Positions 42,423 through 53,400 of a DNA stretch of 64,000 nt are shown piece after piece; the first letter of the stretch is position 1; the number at the start of each line of letters is the position of its first letter. Location: the NCBI GenBank assembly GCA_019244185.1, contig JAFATB010000014.1, positions 32,001 to 96,000 on the forward strand. Reading direction: 5' to 3'. The position numbers and the translations under genes were made by a program. The notes below the pieces were generated by a model, which saw nothing but the letters and a program-made list of their open reading frames with translations, was not told where the DNA came from and did not search any database. This stretch comes from Acidobacteriota bacterium. GTDB taxonomy: Bacteria > Acidobacteriota > Thermoanaerobaculia > Gp7-AA8.

Positions 42423-43448
42423 TCACCCGTTGTTCCACGATGTTCCACGCTTTCGCGCCTCTTCGTACGCTTCCGCGGTGCGTTCCGCGCATCGTTTCCA
42501 GGTGAAGACGCGCGCGCGCGCGACGCCGCGAGCGGCTAGTTGCGCGCGCAGCGATGCGTCCCGCGCGACGCGCAGCATCGCATCCGCGAGCACGTGCGCA
42601 CCGCGCGCGTCGGCGTGCAGCGCGGCGTCGCCGGTGACTTCGACGAGCGCGGGCGCGAGCGAGGTGATGACCGCGGTGCCGCACGCCATCGCTTCCGCGG
42701 CAGGAAGTCCGAAGCCTTCTTCACGCGACGGCATCACCAGCGCGAGCGCGCCGCGGTAGAGCGCGAACAGTTCGTCGTCGCTGACGCGGCCGCGCGCGAC
42801 GACGCCGTCGACATGCGCGAATCGCGCGAACGGCGCGCCCGCAAGCACGAGCCGCACGTCCGGCAACTCGCGGCGGACGTGCGCGAAAGCCTCGACGAGG
42901 GTGCCCACGTTCTTGTGCGGCTTGTCATTGCCGACGAAGAGAAAGTCGCGGCCCGGCGACGCGACGCCGGCGGGCACGTCGACGCCATTCGGCGTGACGA
43001 CCACCTCGCGCGCGCCGAGCTCGCGCTCGAGCTGGAGGCGCACGCTCTCGCTCACTGTGAGCACGCGCGCGGCCTTCCGCACCGCCCGCCGCAGCATCGT
43101 CCGCGCGTACACGCGAGCCAGCGGATGCAGCGGCTGGTGCAGATGAATGAGGTCGTGGATCGTGACCACGACCGGCAGCCGCGTGAACGGGACGACGTAG
43201 TGCGGCGCATGCAGCACGTCCACGCCCGCGCGCTCCGCCGCGCGTCCGACGACGAGCAACTCGCGCACCGAGTAATGCGGCGCATCGACGACGACGTGCT
43301 CGACACCGTCGGGAAGCGCCGCGTCCGCTGGCGCGAACGCGACGTACGTGTCGCCACGCTCCAGCGCGACGAGCCCGCGCAGCAGGCCGCGGATGTACGT
43401 GCCGATCCCAAAGTCGGCGATCTTGCGCGCGTCGATGCCTACGCGCAT
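42423..43448 (-). CDS. Glycosyltransferase family 4 (GT-B)
   Basis: MRVGIDAR, VTIHDL, PHKN, EGFGLPAAEAMACG. Confidence 0.9.
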   Translation of the reverse strand: MRVGIDARKIADFGIGTYIRGLLRGLVALERGDTYVAFAPADAALPDGVEHVVVDAPHYSVRELLVVGRAAERAGVDVLHAPHYVVPFTRLPVVVTIHDLIHLHQPLHPLARVYARTMLRRAVRKAARVLTVSESVRLQLERELGAREVVVTPNGVDVPAGVASPGRDFLFVGNDKPHKNVGTLVEAFAHVRRELPDVRLVLAGAPFARFAHVDGVVARGRVSDDELFALYRGALALVMPSREEGFGLPAAEAMACGTAVITSLAPALVEVTGDAALHADARGAHVLADAMLRVARDASLRAQLAARGVARARVFTWKRCAERTAEAYEEARKRGTSWNNG

Positions 43449-44440
43449 CGCAGTAGCTCCGCCATCGTTCGCGCGCTCGGCTCCCACCCGAACCGCCGCG
43501 CGCGTTCCGGTCCGCGCGCGCGCAGGTCGCGGCGCAGCGCGGCGTCGCGCAGGACGCGCGTGAGCGCGTCGCGCAGCGCGTTGCGGTCGCCCGGTGGCAC
43601 GAGCAGCGCGGCGTCGCCGGCGAACTCGGGGATCGCGCCGGTGCGCGTGGCGATCACCGGCGCGCCGCACGCCATCGCCTCGAGCGGCGGAATGCCGAAG
43701 CCCTCGTAGTGGGACGGGTAGACGAACGCCTTCGCGCCGCGGTACAGCGCGCGCAGGCGTTCGCGCGGCACGTAGCCGGTGCGCTCGATGCCGTCGTCGT
43801 TCGCCACCTTCGTCTTCCAGCCGGCGTCGCCGCAGAGCACGAGGCGGGGGCGGGGGCGGGGCAGCGAGCGCCACACCGCGAGCAGGTCGTCGATGCCTTT
43901 GCGCGGCTCGAGCGTTCCGGTGAAGAGCACGTAATTCTCTTCCTCGCCGCCAGGCGTGAAGAAGTCGTCGACGCCGTTCGGCACGAGCTCGAGCTTCGCG
44001 GCGTCGACGCCGAAGCCGCGCATCGCCTCGTCCGCGACCGCGCGCGAGACGCACGCGATGCGCGATGCGAGTTCGAGGCTGCGGCCGATGAACAGGTTGA
44101 ACGAGAGGATCGTCTGCGCGCGGTGGCGGTGCGGCATGGTGATCGACGTGAAGTCGTGCAGCGTCACGACCGACCGTTTCTTCCACGCGACCGGCAGCGT
44201 TCCGTGCGGTCCCCACAGCACGTCCGCGTCGATGCGCGGCAGCGCGAGTTGTTGCCAGAGGACGCCGAGCGGCATCGGGTCGACGCGGAAGGTGCAGCGT
44301 TCGAGGCCGGAGCGATCCGCGATCTCCGCGTGCGAGGCGATGAGCGGCGGGTCCGGCAGCCGCCGCGCGATCTCGGCGGTGTGCACGCCGATCCCGGTGC
44401 GATGTCCGACGAGCGGGCGGCCGTCGATGAGAACGTTCAA
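43439..44440 (-). CDS. Glycosyltransferase family 4 (GT-B)
   Basis: RTGIG, VTLHD, GTLEPRKG, YEGFGIPPLEAMACG; TTG start inferred. Confidence 0.9.
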   Translation of the reverse strand: MNVLIDGRPLVGHRTGIGVHTAEIARRLPDPPLIASHAEIADRSGLERCTFRVDPMPLGVLWQQLALPRIDADVLWGPHGTLPVAWKKRSVVTLHDFTSITMPHRHRAQTILSFNLFIGRSLELASRIACVSRAVADEAMRGFGVDAAKLELVPNGVDDFFTPGGEEENYVLFTGTLEPRKGIDDLLAVWRSLPRPRPRLVLCGDAGWKTKVANDDGIERTGYVPRERLRALYRGAKAFVYPSHYEGFGIPPLEAMACGAPVIATRTGAIPEFAGDAALLVPPGDRNALRDALTRVLRDAALRRDLRARGPERARRFGWEPSARTMAELLRCA

Positions 44441-44444
44441 CTCG

Positions 44445-45653
44445 TCAGAGTCTAGCGGCCCGCCGCAGCACCGCCAACGTTTCGTCCGCCGCGCGCGACC
44501 ACTGGAACTCCGCGGCACGCGCGCGCCCGCGCGTCGCGAGCTCCGCGCGCAGCGCGTCGTCATGCAGCACGCGCGCGAGCAGCGTCGTCAGCGCATCGAC
44601 GTCGGTCGGTTCGAAGTACAACGCCGCGTCGCCGCCGATTTCCGGCAGCGACGAGCTCCGCGCGGCGATCGACGGCACGCCATGCGCCATTGCCTCGAGC
44701 AGCGGAAAGCCGAAGCCCTCGTAGAGCGACGGAAAGACGAACGCCTCCGCGTGCTGATAGACCGTCGCCAGCTGCGACGCGCGCAGATAGTCGAGGTGCA
44801 CGATGCCGGGTCCTCGCAATCGTCGCGCGATCGCTTCCGACTTCCAGCCGATCTTGCCGACCACGACGAGCTTGCCGTCATAGCTCGCGCGGATGCGTTC
44901 GTACGCATCGAGCAGCGTGCCGAGGTTCTTGCGCGGCTCGATCGTGCTGACGAAGAGGATGTAGCGCGAGGGCAGTCCGTCGACCGGCTCCGCGGGCGGG
45001 AGCGCGCCGAGGCCGGAGTGGATCGCGAAGGCGCGCGAGGGATCGACGGCGTAGTAGGCGAGGAGATCCCGGCGCGTCGACTCGGAGACGCAGACGATCG
45101 CGTCGGCGACGGCGATCTCGCGCAGCATCTGCCGTTCGAGATTGTCGAGGGTCTCCTTTTGCAGCAGCTCGGGAAAACGCTTGTAGGTGAGGTCGTGAAT
45201 CGTGATCACGCGACGCCGCGCGACCGCGCCGTGCAGCCGCGGCAGAAAGTAGTTCGCGCCGAAGAAGACGTCGCAGCCGGCGAGCGCGAGCCACGCGACG
45301 TACGCGGCGGCGGTGAGCGGGCGATCGAAGCGGCCGATGCTCTGTCCGCGCAGATCGAACGTGCAGAGCCTCGCGTTCGCAGGAAGCGAAGCATGCAGAT
45401 GCGGCCCGAGATCCGTGGCGCGCGCGTCGCCGAAGAGCAGCAGCTCGATGTCGTCGTGTTTCGCGAGCTCATGCAGCAGGTGATGGAGGTACCAGCCGAC
45501 GCCGGTGAGCGGCTCGTAAAACGGGCGGATGTCGACGCCGATGCGCAGCTTGCGCTCGCGGCGCGACGCCGCACCCCATGCGCGGCGCGCGCGATCGGCG
45601 AGCGCCTGGCGTAGAGTGTGAACGACGACCACGGCTGTTCCGCGCAGCGACAT
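44445..45653 (-). CDS. Glycosyltransferase family 4 (GT-B)
   Basis: IGVDIRP..TGVG, TIHDL, STIEPRKN, YEGFGFPLLEAMAHG. Confidence 0.9.
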   Translation of the reverse strand: MSLRGTAVVVVHTLRQALADRARRAWGAASRRERKLRIGVDIRPFYEPLTGVGWYLHHLLHELAKHDDIELLLFGDARATDLGPHLHASLPANARLCTFDLRGQSIGRFDRPLTAAAYVAWLALAGCDVFFGANYFLPRLHGAVARRRVITIHDLTYKRFPELLQKETLDNLERQMLREIAVADAIVCVSESTRRDLLAYYAVDPSRAFAIHSGLGALPPAEPVDGLPSRYILFVSTIEPRKNLGTLLDAYERIRASYDGKLVVVGKIGWKSEAIARRLRGPGIVHLDYLRASQLATVYQHAEAFVFPSLYEGFGFPLLEAMAHGVPSIAARSSSLPEIGGDAALYFEPTDVDALTTLLARVLHDDALRAELATRGRARAAEFQWSRAADETLAVLRRAARL

Positions 45654-45673
45654 CGGCGCGGGATCGTAGCAGC

Positions 45674-46900
45674 ATGCGCATCGCCCTCATCATTCTGATC
45701 GTTCTCGCGCTGATCGCCGGCGGGCTCGCCGCGTATCTCGCGTTCACGACGCCGCACGCCGCGGCGCCGCTGCGGATGCCGCTCACGAACGCGCAGCGCG
45801 CGCTCCTCGCGCATGCCGGTGCGGACGCCGACACGCTCGCGTACATCCCGCGCGCGGCGGTGCTCCGCGCGAAGCTGCTCGCGAATCCGGTCACGCGCGA
45901 CGCCGTCGAGCGCTGGACCTCCGCCGAGTCCACCCCGCCGCCCTGGCTCCTCGGCGGCGCCGACGTCGTGCTGTGGCACAGCGAGAAGCGGACGAGCTAC
46001 GCCGTGCGCCTCGACGCGTTGCGCGCGTGGCTCGCGCGCGCGTGGCTCTCGTTCGCGACGAATGCCGACGCGCGCTGGGACGGCGACCTGCTGCTGATGA
46101 ATGCTCCGGTCGAGCCGATGATCGGCGACGCCGCGCTCGCGCCGATTCTGCAGCTCGCGAGCGGCTTGCCCGAGGGAGACGTGTTCATCGTGCAGCGCGA
46201 AGGCGGGCGCGGTGCGTTTCCGCCGATCGCGCGTCCGGCGGTCTCGTCGGTGCGCGTCGCCGCGAGCGATCTCGTCGTGGTCTCGCGCGCGAACGCCGAC
46301 GAGACGAACAGCGCGCCGCACGCGCCGGTGGTCGCGCGTTTCCCGCGCGGCGCGCTGCTCTCCGCGACCTTCGCCGCGCCGCCGCGCATTCTCGGCGACG
46401 TCCGCCGGCTGCTCCTCGGTATCGACATTCAGTCGCTCGTCGACGACGGCGGCTCGATCGCGCTCTACGACGTCGACGCCGGCACGCTGCTGCCGCGCCC
46501 GAACGGCGTCATCGTCATCCCCGCGAACGAGAAGACGCGCGCCGCGGTCGACCCGATCGTCCGCGCGGCCGAGCTCGTCGGCGAAACGCGCGATACCGGC
46601 AGCGAGCTCCTCGTCGCGGTCGACCGCACCAGCCTTCCCCTGTATTTAAAGGATACGTTCGTCCCCGCGACGTGGCCGGCCAACGGCTGGGCGCTGCGGA
46701 TCGACCCGAAACGCTTCGTTCCGCTGCTGGGAAAGCTCGGCGACAACACGGGCCTGCGCTTCGCCGCGCCGCGCATCCATCGCGCCGCGCGCGACCTGCG
46801 CCGCTGGATCGGCGCGCTCGAGCAGGCCGAGGCGATCGAGGCGGCTGACTCCGTCAACGGCGGCGTCGAGGAACTGCGCGTGCGGGTTGCATCGAAATAG
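45674..46900 (+). CDS. Hypothetical membrane-anchored protein
   Basis: N-terminal TM MRIALIILIVLALIAGG; long ORF upstream of yceD. Confidence 0.6.
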   Translation: MRIALIILIVLALIAGGLAAYLAFTTPHAAAPLRMPLTNAQRALLAHAGADADTLAYIPRAAVLRAKLLANPVTRDAVERWTSAESTPPPWLLGGADVVLWHSEKRTSYAVRLDALRAWLARAWLSFATNADARWDGDLLLMNAPVEPMIGDAALAPILQLASGLPEGDVFIVQREGGRGAFPPIARPAVSSVRVAASDLVVVSRANADETNSAPHAPVVARFPRGALLSATFAAPPRILGDVRRLLLGIDIQSLVDDGGSIALYDVDAGTLLPRPNGVIVIPANEKTRAAVDPIVRAAELVGETRDTGSELLVAVDRTSLPLYLKDTFVPATWPANGWALRIDPKRFVPLLGKLGDNTGLRFAAPRIHRAARDLRRWIGALEQAEAIEAADSVNGGVEELRVRVASK

Positions 46901-46945
46901 ATTGGCCTCCCGGCCAGTTACGGCTTCGGCTCAGCCGGACGCAAC

Positions 46946-47506
46946 ATGAACGACATCATCAGTTTCGACGAGATCGACGAACACGGGTCGCAGACCGTGC
47001 GCGGCGCGTACGACGTTCCGCCCGCGGAGCTCGACCGCGACGAGGCGGCCGGCGGTGCGCGCGTCGAGATCCAGGCGACCGTCGCGAAGGGCGATCTCGA
47101 AGGGGAGTACGTCGCCGACGGCACCGCCGTCGTCACGGCCGACCTCGAGTGTTCGCGCTGCGTCGAGCCGTATCCGTTTGCGAACACTTCCGGCTTTCAC
47201 GTAAGATTCCGCCCTCGTCTCGAGGTCTCCGAGGAGAACGAGGAGATCGAGATCACCGACAAGGAAGAGCTGGACGTTGAGTTCTACACGGAACGAACGA
47301 TCCCGCTGCGCGAGTTCGCGCTCGAGCAGGTCCAGCTGGCGATCCCGATGAAGCCTCTGTGCGACGAGAACTGCCTCGGCCTTTGCCCCACATGCGGCGC
47401 CGTCCGCTCGCGCGAGAAGTGCTCGTGCGAGAACTCCATCGTCGATGAACGATGGGGCGCGCTGCAGGGCATTCGCGAGGAGCTGTCGAAGAAGAAAGAC
47501 GTTTAA
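46946..47506 (+). CDS. yceD: DUF177/YceD family protein
   Basis: CSRC, PMKPLCDENCLGLCPTCG, DERW; precedes rpmF. Confidence 0.9.
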   Translation: MNDIISFDEIDEHGSQTVRGAYDVPPAELDRDEAAGGARVEIQATVAKGDLEGEYVADGTAVVTADLECSRCVEPYPFANTSGFHVRFRPRLEVSEENEEIEITDKEELDVEFYTERTIPLREFALEQVQLAIPMKPLCDENCLGLCPTCGAVRSREKCSCENSIVDERWGALQGIREELSKKKDV

Positions 47507-47527
47507 CCTCAATCAGGAGTCATCACC

Positions 47528-47713
47528 ATGCCGAATCCCAAACGACGCCATTCGAAGGCGAGAACCCGCTCGCGCCGCGCGCACGACTTCCTCGACGCGA
47601 AGTCGCTCTCGACGTGCCCGCAGTGCCACGAGGCGAAGGAGCCGCACCGCGTCTGCCCGAAGTGCGGGTACTACAAGGGCCGCGAAGTCCTCACCGTCAA
47701 GGACGCGCTCTAG
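47528..47713 (+). CDS. rpmF: 50S ribosomal protein L32
   Basis: MPNPKRRHSK..RRAH, CPQC..PHRVCPKCGYYKG. Confidence 0.97.
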   Translation: MPNPKRRHSKARTRSRRAHDFLDAKSLSTCPQCHEAKEPHRVCPKCGYYKGREVLTVKDAL

Positions 47714-47725
47714 TTCCTCGACGCG

Positions 47726-48781
47726 ATGGCTGCTGACGGAACGCCTGCCGTCCGCATCGCGCTCGACGCGATGGGAGGCGACAACGCGCCCGACGAGATC
47801 ATCAAAGGCGCGTTGCTCGCCGCCGGCGAGTCCCCCGTGGCCATCACGCTCGTCGGCCGCGAAGAAGTCATCGCGGAGAAACTGAAAGCCTTCGCCGGCG
47901 GCAATCCGTCGTCCGCGATCGACATCGCCGACGCGCGCGAAGTCGTGGAGATGGGCGACACCGCGCTCGCGCCGTTGCGCCGCAAACGCAACTCGTCCAT
48001 CCGCATCTGCGCGAACCTCGTCGCCGAAGGGAAAGCGGATGCGATGGTCTCCGCGGGCCACACCGGCGCCGCGATGACCAGCGCGTACAAGGTCCTCGGC
48101 ACGATCGAAGGCGTGAGCCGCCCCGCGCTCGCCGCCATTCTGCCGAGCGCGAAAGGGCATACCGTGCTGCTCGACGTCGGCGCGAACGTCGACTCGAAGC
48201 CCGCGTATCTGCGCGAGTTCGCGGTCATGGGCCACTTCTACGCGCAGATGATCTTCGGCATCGAGGCGCCGCGCGTCGGCCTGCTCTCGATCGGCGAGGA
48301 AGAAGGCAAAGGCAACGAGCTCACGAAAGAGACGTTCCGCGTTCTCAAGGAAACGGGACTCAACTTCATGGGCAACGCCGAAGGGCGCGACGTCTTCAAC
48401 GGCAACGCGGACGTCATCGTCTGCGACGGCTTCATCGGCAACGTCGTGCTGAAGGCAGGCGAAGCCCTCGGCGAGATGGTCAGCAAGATGCTGCGCGCCG
48501 AAGTCACGCGCACGCCGGTGCGCAAGGCCGGCGCGCTGATTCTCCGCGGCGCGTTCGACGACATCAAGAAGCAGATGGACTACTCCGAATACGGCGGCGC
48601 GCCGCTCCTCGGCGTCAACGGCGGCTGCATCATCTCGCACGGCCGCTCGAACGCGAAGGCGGTGAAGAACGCCATCCGCGTCGCGCGCGAGTTCGCCTCG
48701 AACCGCGTCGACGCGAAGATCCGCGCGAAGATCGGCGACCTGCACACGCGCGAGCACGCGTCGGCCATCCTCGCCCAGTAA
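47726..48781 (+). CDS. plsX: Phosphate acyltransferase PlsX
   Basis: IALDAMGGDNAP, SAGHTGA, DVGAN, CDGFIGN, GGAPLLG. Confidence 0.96.
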   Translation: MAADGTPAVRIALDAMGGDNAPDEIIKGALLAAGESPVAITLVGREEVIAEKLKAFAGGNPSSAIDIADAREVVEMGDTALAPLRRKRNSSIRICANLVAEGKADAMVSAGHTGAAMTSAYKVLGTIEGVSRPALAAILPSAKGHTVLLDVGANVDSKPAYLREFAVMGHFYAQMIFGIEAPRVGLLSIGEEEGKGNELTKETFRVLKETGLNFMGNAEGRDVFNGNADVIVCDGFIGNVVLKAGEALGEMVSKMLRAEVTRTPVRKAGALILRGAFDDIKKQMDYSEYGGAPLLGVNGGCIISHGRSNAKAVKNAIRVAREFASNRVDAKIRAKIGDLHTREHASAILAQ

Positions 48782-48819
48782 GCGCGGGAAGCCGCGGGCC
48801 GCGCTATCATCCGCGCGCC

Positions 48820-49749
48820 ATGGAACACAACACCGCCTTCGTCTTTCCCGGCCAGGGCAGCCAGTACGCCGGCATGGGGAAAGACGTCGCCGAAAAATAC
48901 CCGGCTGCGCGCCGCGTCTTCGACGAGATCGACGCCGCCCTCGGCTTCTCGATCTCGCAGCTCTGCTTCGAAGGTCCCGACGAGCAGCTCAAGCTGACGC
49001 AGAACACGCAGCCGGCCATTCTCGCCGTGTCGAGCGCGATTCACGCCGTGCTCGAAGAACGCGGAGCCGCACGACGCGATCTCGTCGCCGGGCATTCGCT
49101 CGGCGAGTACAGCGCCATCGTGAGCGTCGGTGGACTGACGCCGGCGGACGCCGCGAAGATCGTCCACGCGCGCGGCACGTTCATGCAGGACGCGGTTCCC
49201 ATCGGCACCGGCGGCATGGCCGCGCTCATCGGCCCGAGCGTCGACGACGCGCGCGCGATCTGCGAGGAAGCGGCGCAGGGCGAGATCGTCTCCGTCGCGA
49301 ACATCAACGCGCCGGGACAGATCGTCATCGCCGGCACGAAAGCCGGCATCGAGCGCGCGATCGAAGTGGCGAAGAAACGCGGCGTGCGCCGCGCGCTGCC
49401 GCTGCCGGTCTCCGCGCCGTTCCACTGCGAGCTGATGAAGCCCGCGGAAGAGCGACTGCGGCCGATCCTCGACGACGCGCCGTTCAAGGACCTCTGGACC
49501 TCGCTCGTGTCGAACGTCGACGCGTCGCCGATCGGCACCGCGACGGCCGTGCGCAATGCGCTGCTGCGGCAGGTCGCGTCGCCGGTGCGCTGGGTCGAGT
49601 CGGTGCAGAAGATGGTGTCGATGGGCGTGAGGCGTTTCGTCGAAATCGGCCCCGGCAACGTGCTCACGGGACTCATCAAACGCATCGATCCGAACGTGGA
49701 GCTCGTGAACGTCTCGGACGTTCCGTCGCTCGAGGCATTTCTCGCATGA
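48820..49749 (+). CDS. fabD: Malonyl-CoA-ACP transacylase
   Basis: FPGQGSQ, GHSLGEY, SAPFH. Confidence 0.96.
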   Translation: MEHNTAFVFPGQGSQYAGMGKDVAEKYPAARRVFDEIDAALGFSISQLCFEGPDEQLKLTQNTQPAILAVSSAIHAVLEERGAARRDLVAGHSLGEYSAIVSVGGLTPADAAKIVHARGTFMQDAVPIGTGGMAALIGPSVDDARAICEEAAQGEIVSVANINAPGQIVIAGTKAGIERAIEVAKKRGVRRALPLPVSAPFHCELMKPAEERLRPILDDAPFKDLWTSLVSNVDASPIGTATAVRNALLRQVASPVRWVESVQKMVSMGVRRFVEIGPGNVLTGLIKRIDPNVELVNVSDVPSLEAFLA

Positions 49750-50474
49750 ACATCGATCTCACCGGAAAGACCGCTCTCGTCACCGGCGCCTCGCGCGGCA
49801 TCGGCGAAGCCATCGCGCGCGGGCTGGCGCAGTCGGGCGCGCACGTGCTCTGCGCCGCGCGCTCCGCGGAGCGCGTGAACGAGCTCGCCGCGCAGCTCGG
49901 CAACGCCACCGGCGTCGCGCTCGACATCGCCGCGCCCGACGCGCGCGAACGCGTGGCCGCGCTGGTAAAGGAGCGCGCCGTCGACATCCTCGTCAACAAC
50001 GCCGGGATCACCGAGGATGATCTCTTCATCCGCATGAAGCCGGAGGCGTGGACAAACGTCATCCGCACGAACCTCGACTCCGCGTTCGCGGTCACGCAGG
50101 AAGTGGTCAAGAAGATGATCCGCGCTCGCTGGGGCCGCGTCATCAACATCTCGTCGGTGGTCGGCCTGATGGGCAATCCCGGCCAGGTGAACTACGCGAG
50201 CTCGAAGGCGGCGATCATCGGCTTCACGAAAGCGCTCGCGCTGGAGATCGGCTCGCGCAACGTGACCGTCAATGCGATCGCGCCCGGCTACATTCAGACC
50301 GCGATGACCGACGCCCTCGGCGACGACGCGCGCGAGAAGCTCGCCGAGCGCATCGCCCTGAAACGCCTCGGCACGGTCGAAGACGTCGCGAACGCCGTCG
50401 TCTTCCTCGCGAGCGAGCAGGCCGGCTACATCACCGGCACGGTCGTCAACGTGAGCGGCGGCCTGTACACGTAG
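49746..50474 (+). CDS. fabG: 3-oxoacyl-ACP reductase
   Basis: TGASRGIG, NNAGIT, GNPGQVNYASSK. Confidence 0.95.
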   Translation: MNIDLTGKTALVTGASRGIGEAIARGLAQSGAHVLCAARSAERVNELAAQLGNATGVALDIAAPDARERVAALVKERAVDILVNNAGITEDDLFIRMKPEAWTNVIRTNLDSAFAVTQEVVKKMIRARWGRVINISSVVGLMGNPGQVNYASSKAAIIGFTKALALEIGSRNVTVNAIAPGYIQTAMTDALGDDAREKLAERIALKRLGTVEDVANAVVFLASEQAGYITGTVVNVSGGLYT

Positions 50475-50489
50475 CGCTATACGTAGCGC

Positions 50490-53400
50490 TCACATCGCGG
50501 TGGCCATCTCGACGTAGCGGCACAAGCCGTTGACGAGCTTCATCTGCTCCGGCGTCTTGCACGCGACGTCGAGCAGCCGCGGATTCGCGACGACGACTGC
50601 CAGACAGCGCGCGCGGGAAATCGCGACGTTGAGCCGGTTGCGGCTGAAGAGAAAGTCGATGTCGCGCGGCAGCTCCGCGCCGCTCGACGTGGCCATGCTG
50701 AAGAAGACCACCGGCGCCTCGCGGCCCTGAAACTTGTCGACCGTTCCGACCGGCACGTCTGCGAGGCCTCGCGCGGCGAGCGCCTGCGTGAGATGCCGCA
50801 CCTGCGCGTTGTACGCGGCGACGACGAGAAAGCTCGTCGCGCGCAGCGGCGCCGTCGCGCCGTCGCTGTTCGTGAATGCGCCGCGGATCATGCGCGCGAT
50901 CTCGTCCGCGATGCGCGCTGCTTCCTCGTCGGACGACTGCGTGTTGCCTTCGTGCGCGACGGCGAGGAAGCGCAGGCCGGTCGCGCGCGCGCCGTCGATC
51001 GTCACCGCCTGCCGCGCGCAGCTCTCGTGCGAATGCAGCCGCGACTCGTAGACGACTTCGGAGACGAACGCGCAGACGTCGGGATGCATGCGCCGCGTGT
51101 GCTCGAGGAAGATGCCGCGCGACGGCCGCACGGTCGCGTCGTCGCCGAGGAGATGTTCGAGGACCGAGCACGCGGCGCCGTCGGGATGCGAGCCTTGCGA
51201 AACCTGCGCGAGCTGCAGCGGATCGCCGAGGAGCACCACGTTGCGCGCGGACGTCGCGACGGCGAGCGCGGTCGCGAGCGACATCTGCCCCGCTTCGTCG
51301 AGAAAGAGATAGTCGAGCGACGCATCCATCGCGTCGTCGGAGAAGAGCCACGCGGTGCCCGCGACGAGCTGCATCGCGCGGTCGGCGCACTCCTTCGTTT
51401 CGCTGGTGGACTCGATCATCGGATTCGGCAGCTTCGAGACGAAGCGCGTCCGCGTGTCGGAGCCTTTCTTGAGGCCGCGCAACCAGTAGCCTTGCGCGCG
51501 TGCGACGTCTTCGACGGCATGCAGCAGGTTGTGAATCGCGGCGTGCGAGTTCGACGTCACGCCGACGCGCTTGCCGGCGCGCAGCAGCTTCACGATCGCG
51601 TGTGCGCCGTTGAACGTCTTGCCGGAGCCGGGAGGTCCTTGCACGAAGATGTACGAGTCGTCGAGCCGCTGCGCGGCGCTCGTGACGTCGTCGCCGAGCG
51701 CGCCGTCGCGAACGCGCGGCTCGCGTGCGAGCAGGATGTCGTACGCGGCGCGGTACGTCGTCGCATCGCCGTCGCGTACGATCGACGTTGCCAAGCGCTG
51801 CAACGCTTCGCGAATGGGCGCGGTGGAGATGTCGGGCTTCATGAAGAGCGCGTCGGGCGGCGGCAGGTCCTTCAGTTTCGGTCCGCGCCGCAAGCGCACG
51901 ATGCCCTTCGCGTCGTCAATCGATTCGATCGTGCCCGCGGAGTTCGCGCGGTCGTGCACCGCGTCGCCCGGATCGAGCTTGTGCTCCTGCGGCGGAAACG
52001 TGTACGTGACGATGACCGACTTCTTGACCGGCTCGTCCGGCGTGTTCGGATCGGGCGCGAGTCCGCCGAGGCATTCGCTGTCGGCGATCAGCTCCTCGTC
52101 GGTCATGTTCGTGCGGCGGTCGAACCAGCGCCACCACGCCGGCCGTTCCTCGCGCCGGTGGTAGTAGAGCAGTTGGGCGAGGAGCGGCATGCCGCGCGCA
52201 ACGAGCTCCTGGAACAGCGCGTCGTTGCGCTGCTCCTCGGCGATGCGATCCTCGGCGCGCTCCTGCGCCGGCGGCGGCTCTTTCCACGCCACGTCGTCGG
52301 GGCGGATCGACACGAGCCAGCGCCGCATCTCCACGATCGAGACGCAGTCTTCGCGGTTGTACGACTCGATCTCCGCGAGCATCGCGCGGTCGTTCGTCTC
52401 GAGCCACTGCTCGTACGCGAGCACGGCGCCGCCGGCGTCGGCGACGCCTTCCGACTTGCGCGTGAAGTAGAACGTCTCGATTTTCTTGAGGCCGTAGCTC
52501 GCGTGCGAGACGCGCATCCCCTGGCGGACGATCGACGCGAGGTCGACGAACGCCTCGCGGCGCAGCAGATCGTCGAGCTGCGCCTCGCGCGTGCCGTGCC
52601 GTCCCATCAGCCGCTCGAGCGACGACTTCTCCAGGCCGCCGTAGTGGTAGATGTGCGCGCCCGCTTCAGCGGTGAGCCGCGCGACGAGGAAGTCCATCAC
52701 CGACTCGAATGACGCGCGTTCTTCCGCGGCGTCATGCGCCCACCACGCGCGGTACTGCGTCGAGCCGTTTTCCTCCCACGCCGCGCCGAACAGATACGTG
52801 ATGCCGTCGCCGAGGAACGGATCGCCTTCGAGATCAAGAAAGACGTCGCCGGGGGAGGGGCGGGGCAGACGAAAGAAGCCGCGGTCTTTCTCGCGCGGCA
52901 GCAGCTCGAACGTGTGCTCGCCGGTGCGGCGCTGCTGCAACTGCAGGCGCGCCTGTTCGTGCAGCGTGACGAACGACTCCTCGGGCAGCTTGGCGATGCG
53001 CGTCGTCAGCGGCGACTCCGCGAGCGCGGTGAGCGTGTGGATGTCGCCGCGTTCGAGCCGCGTCACCTGCGCGCGCTGGATGTTCGCGACGAGTGAGAGA
53101 TGATCGACCGCGCGCCAGTGCGCGGAACAATGCGCCCACCAGTCGCACAGCGCGCAGAACTCGACGGGATACGGCGCCGGCGCCCGGCCGTTCGCGACGA
53201 AGTGTTCGAGCGACGTCCGCACGTGCCGGTAGTACGCGGCAAAGTCGGCGACGCGAAACGACTGCCGCTCCTCGGTGCCGATGACGACGTGCATCGACTC
53301 CGGCGCGACGCCCTGCAGCCGCGCGAGATGCATGCTGTAGTCGGCGAGCTGCAGCAGAAAGTGTGCGCGGACGCTGCGCGCGAGCTTCGTGTCGATGACC

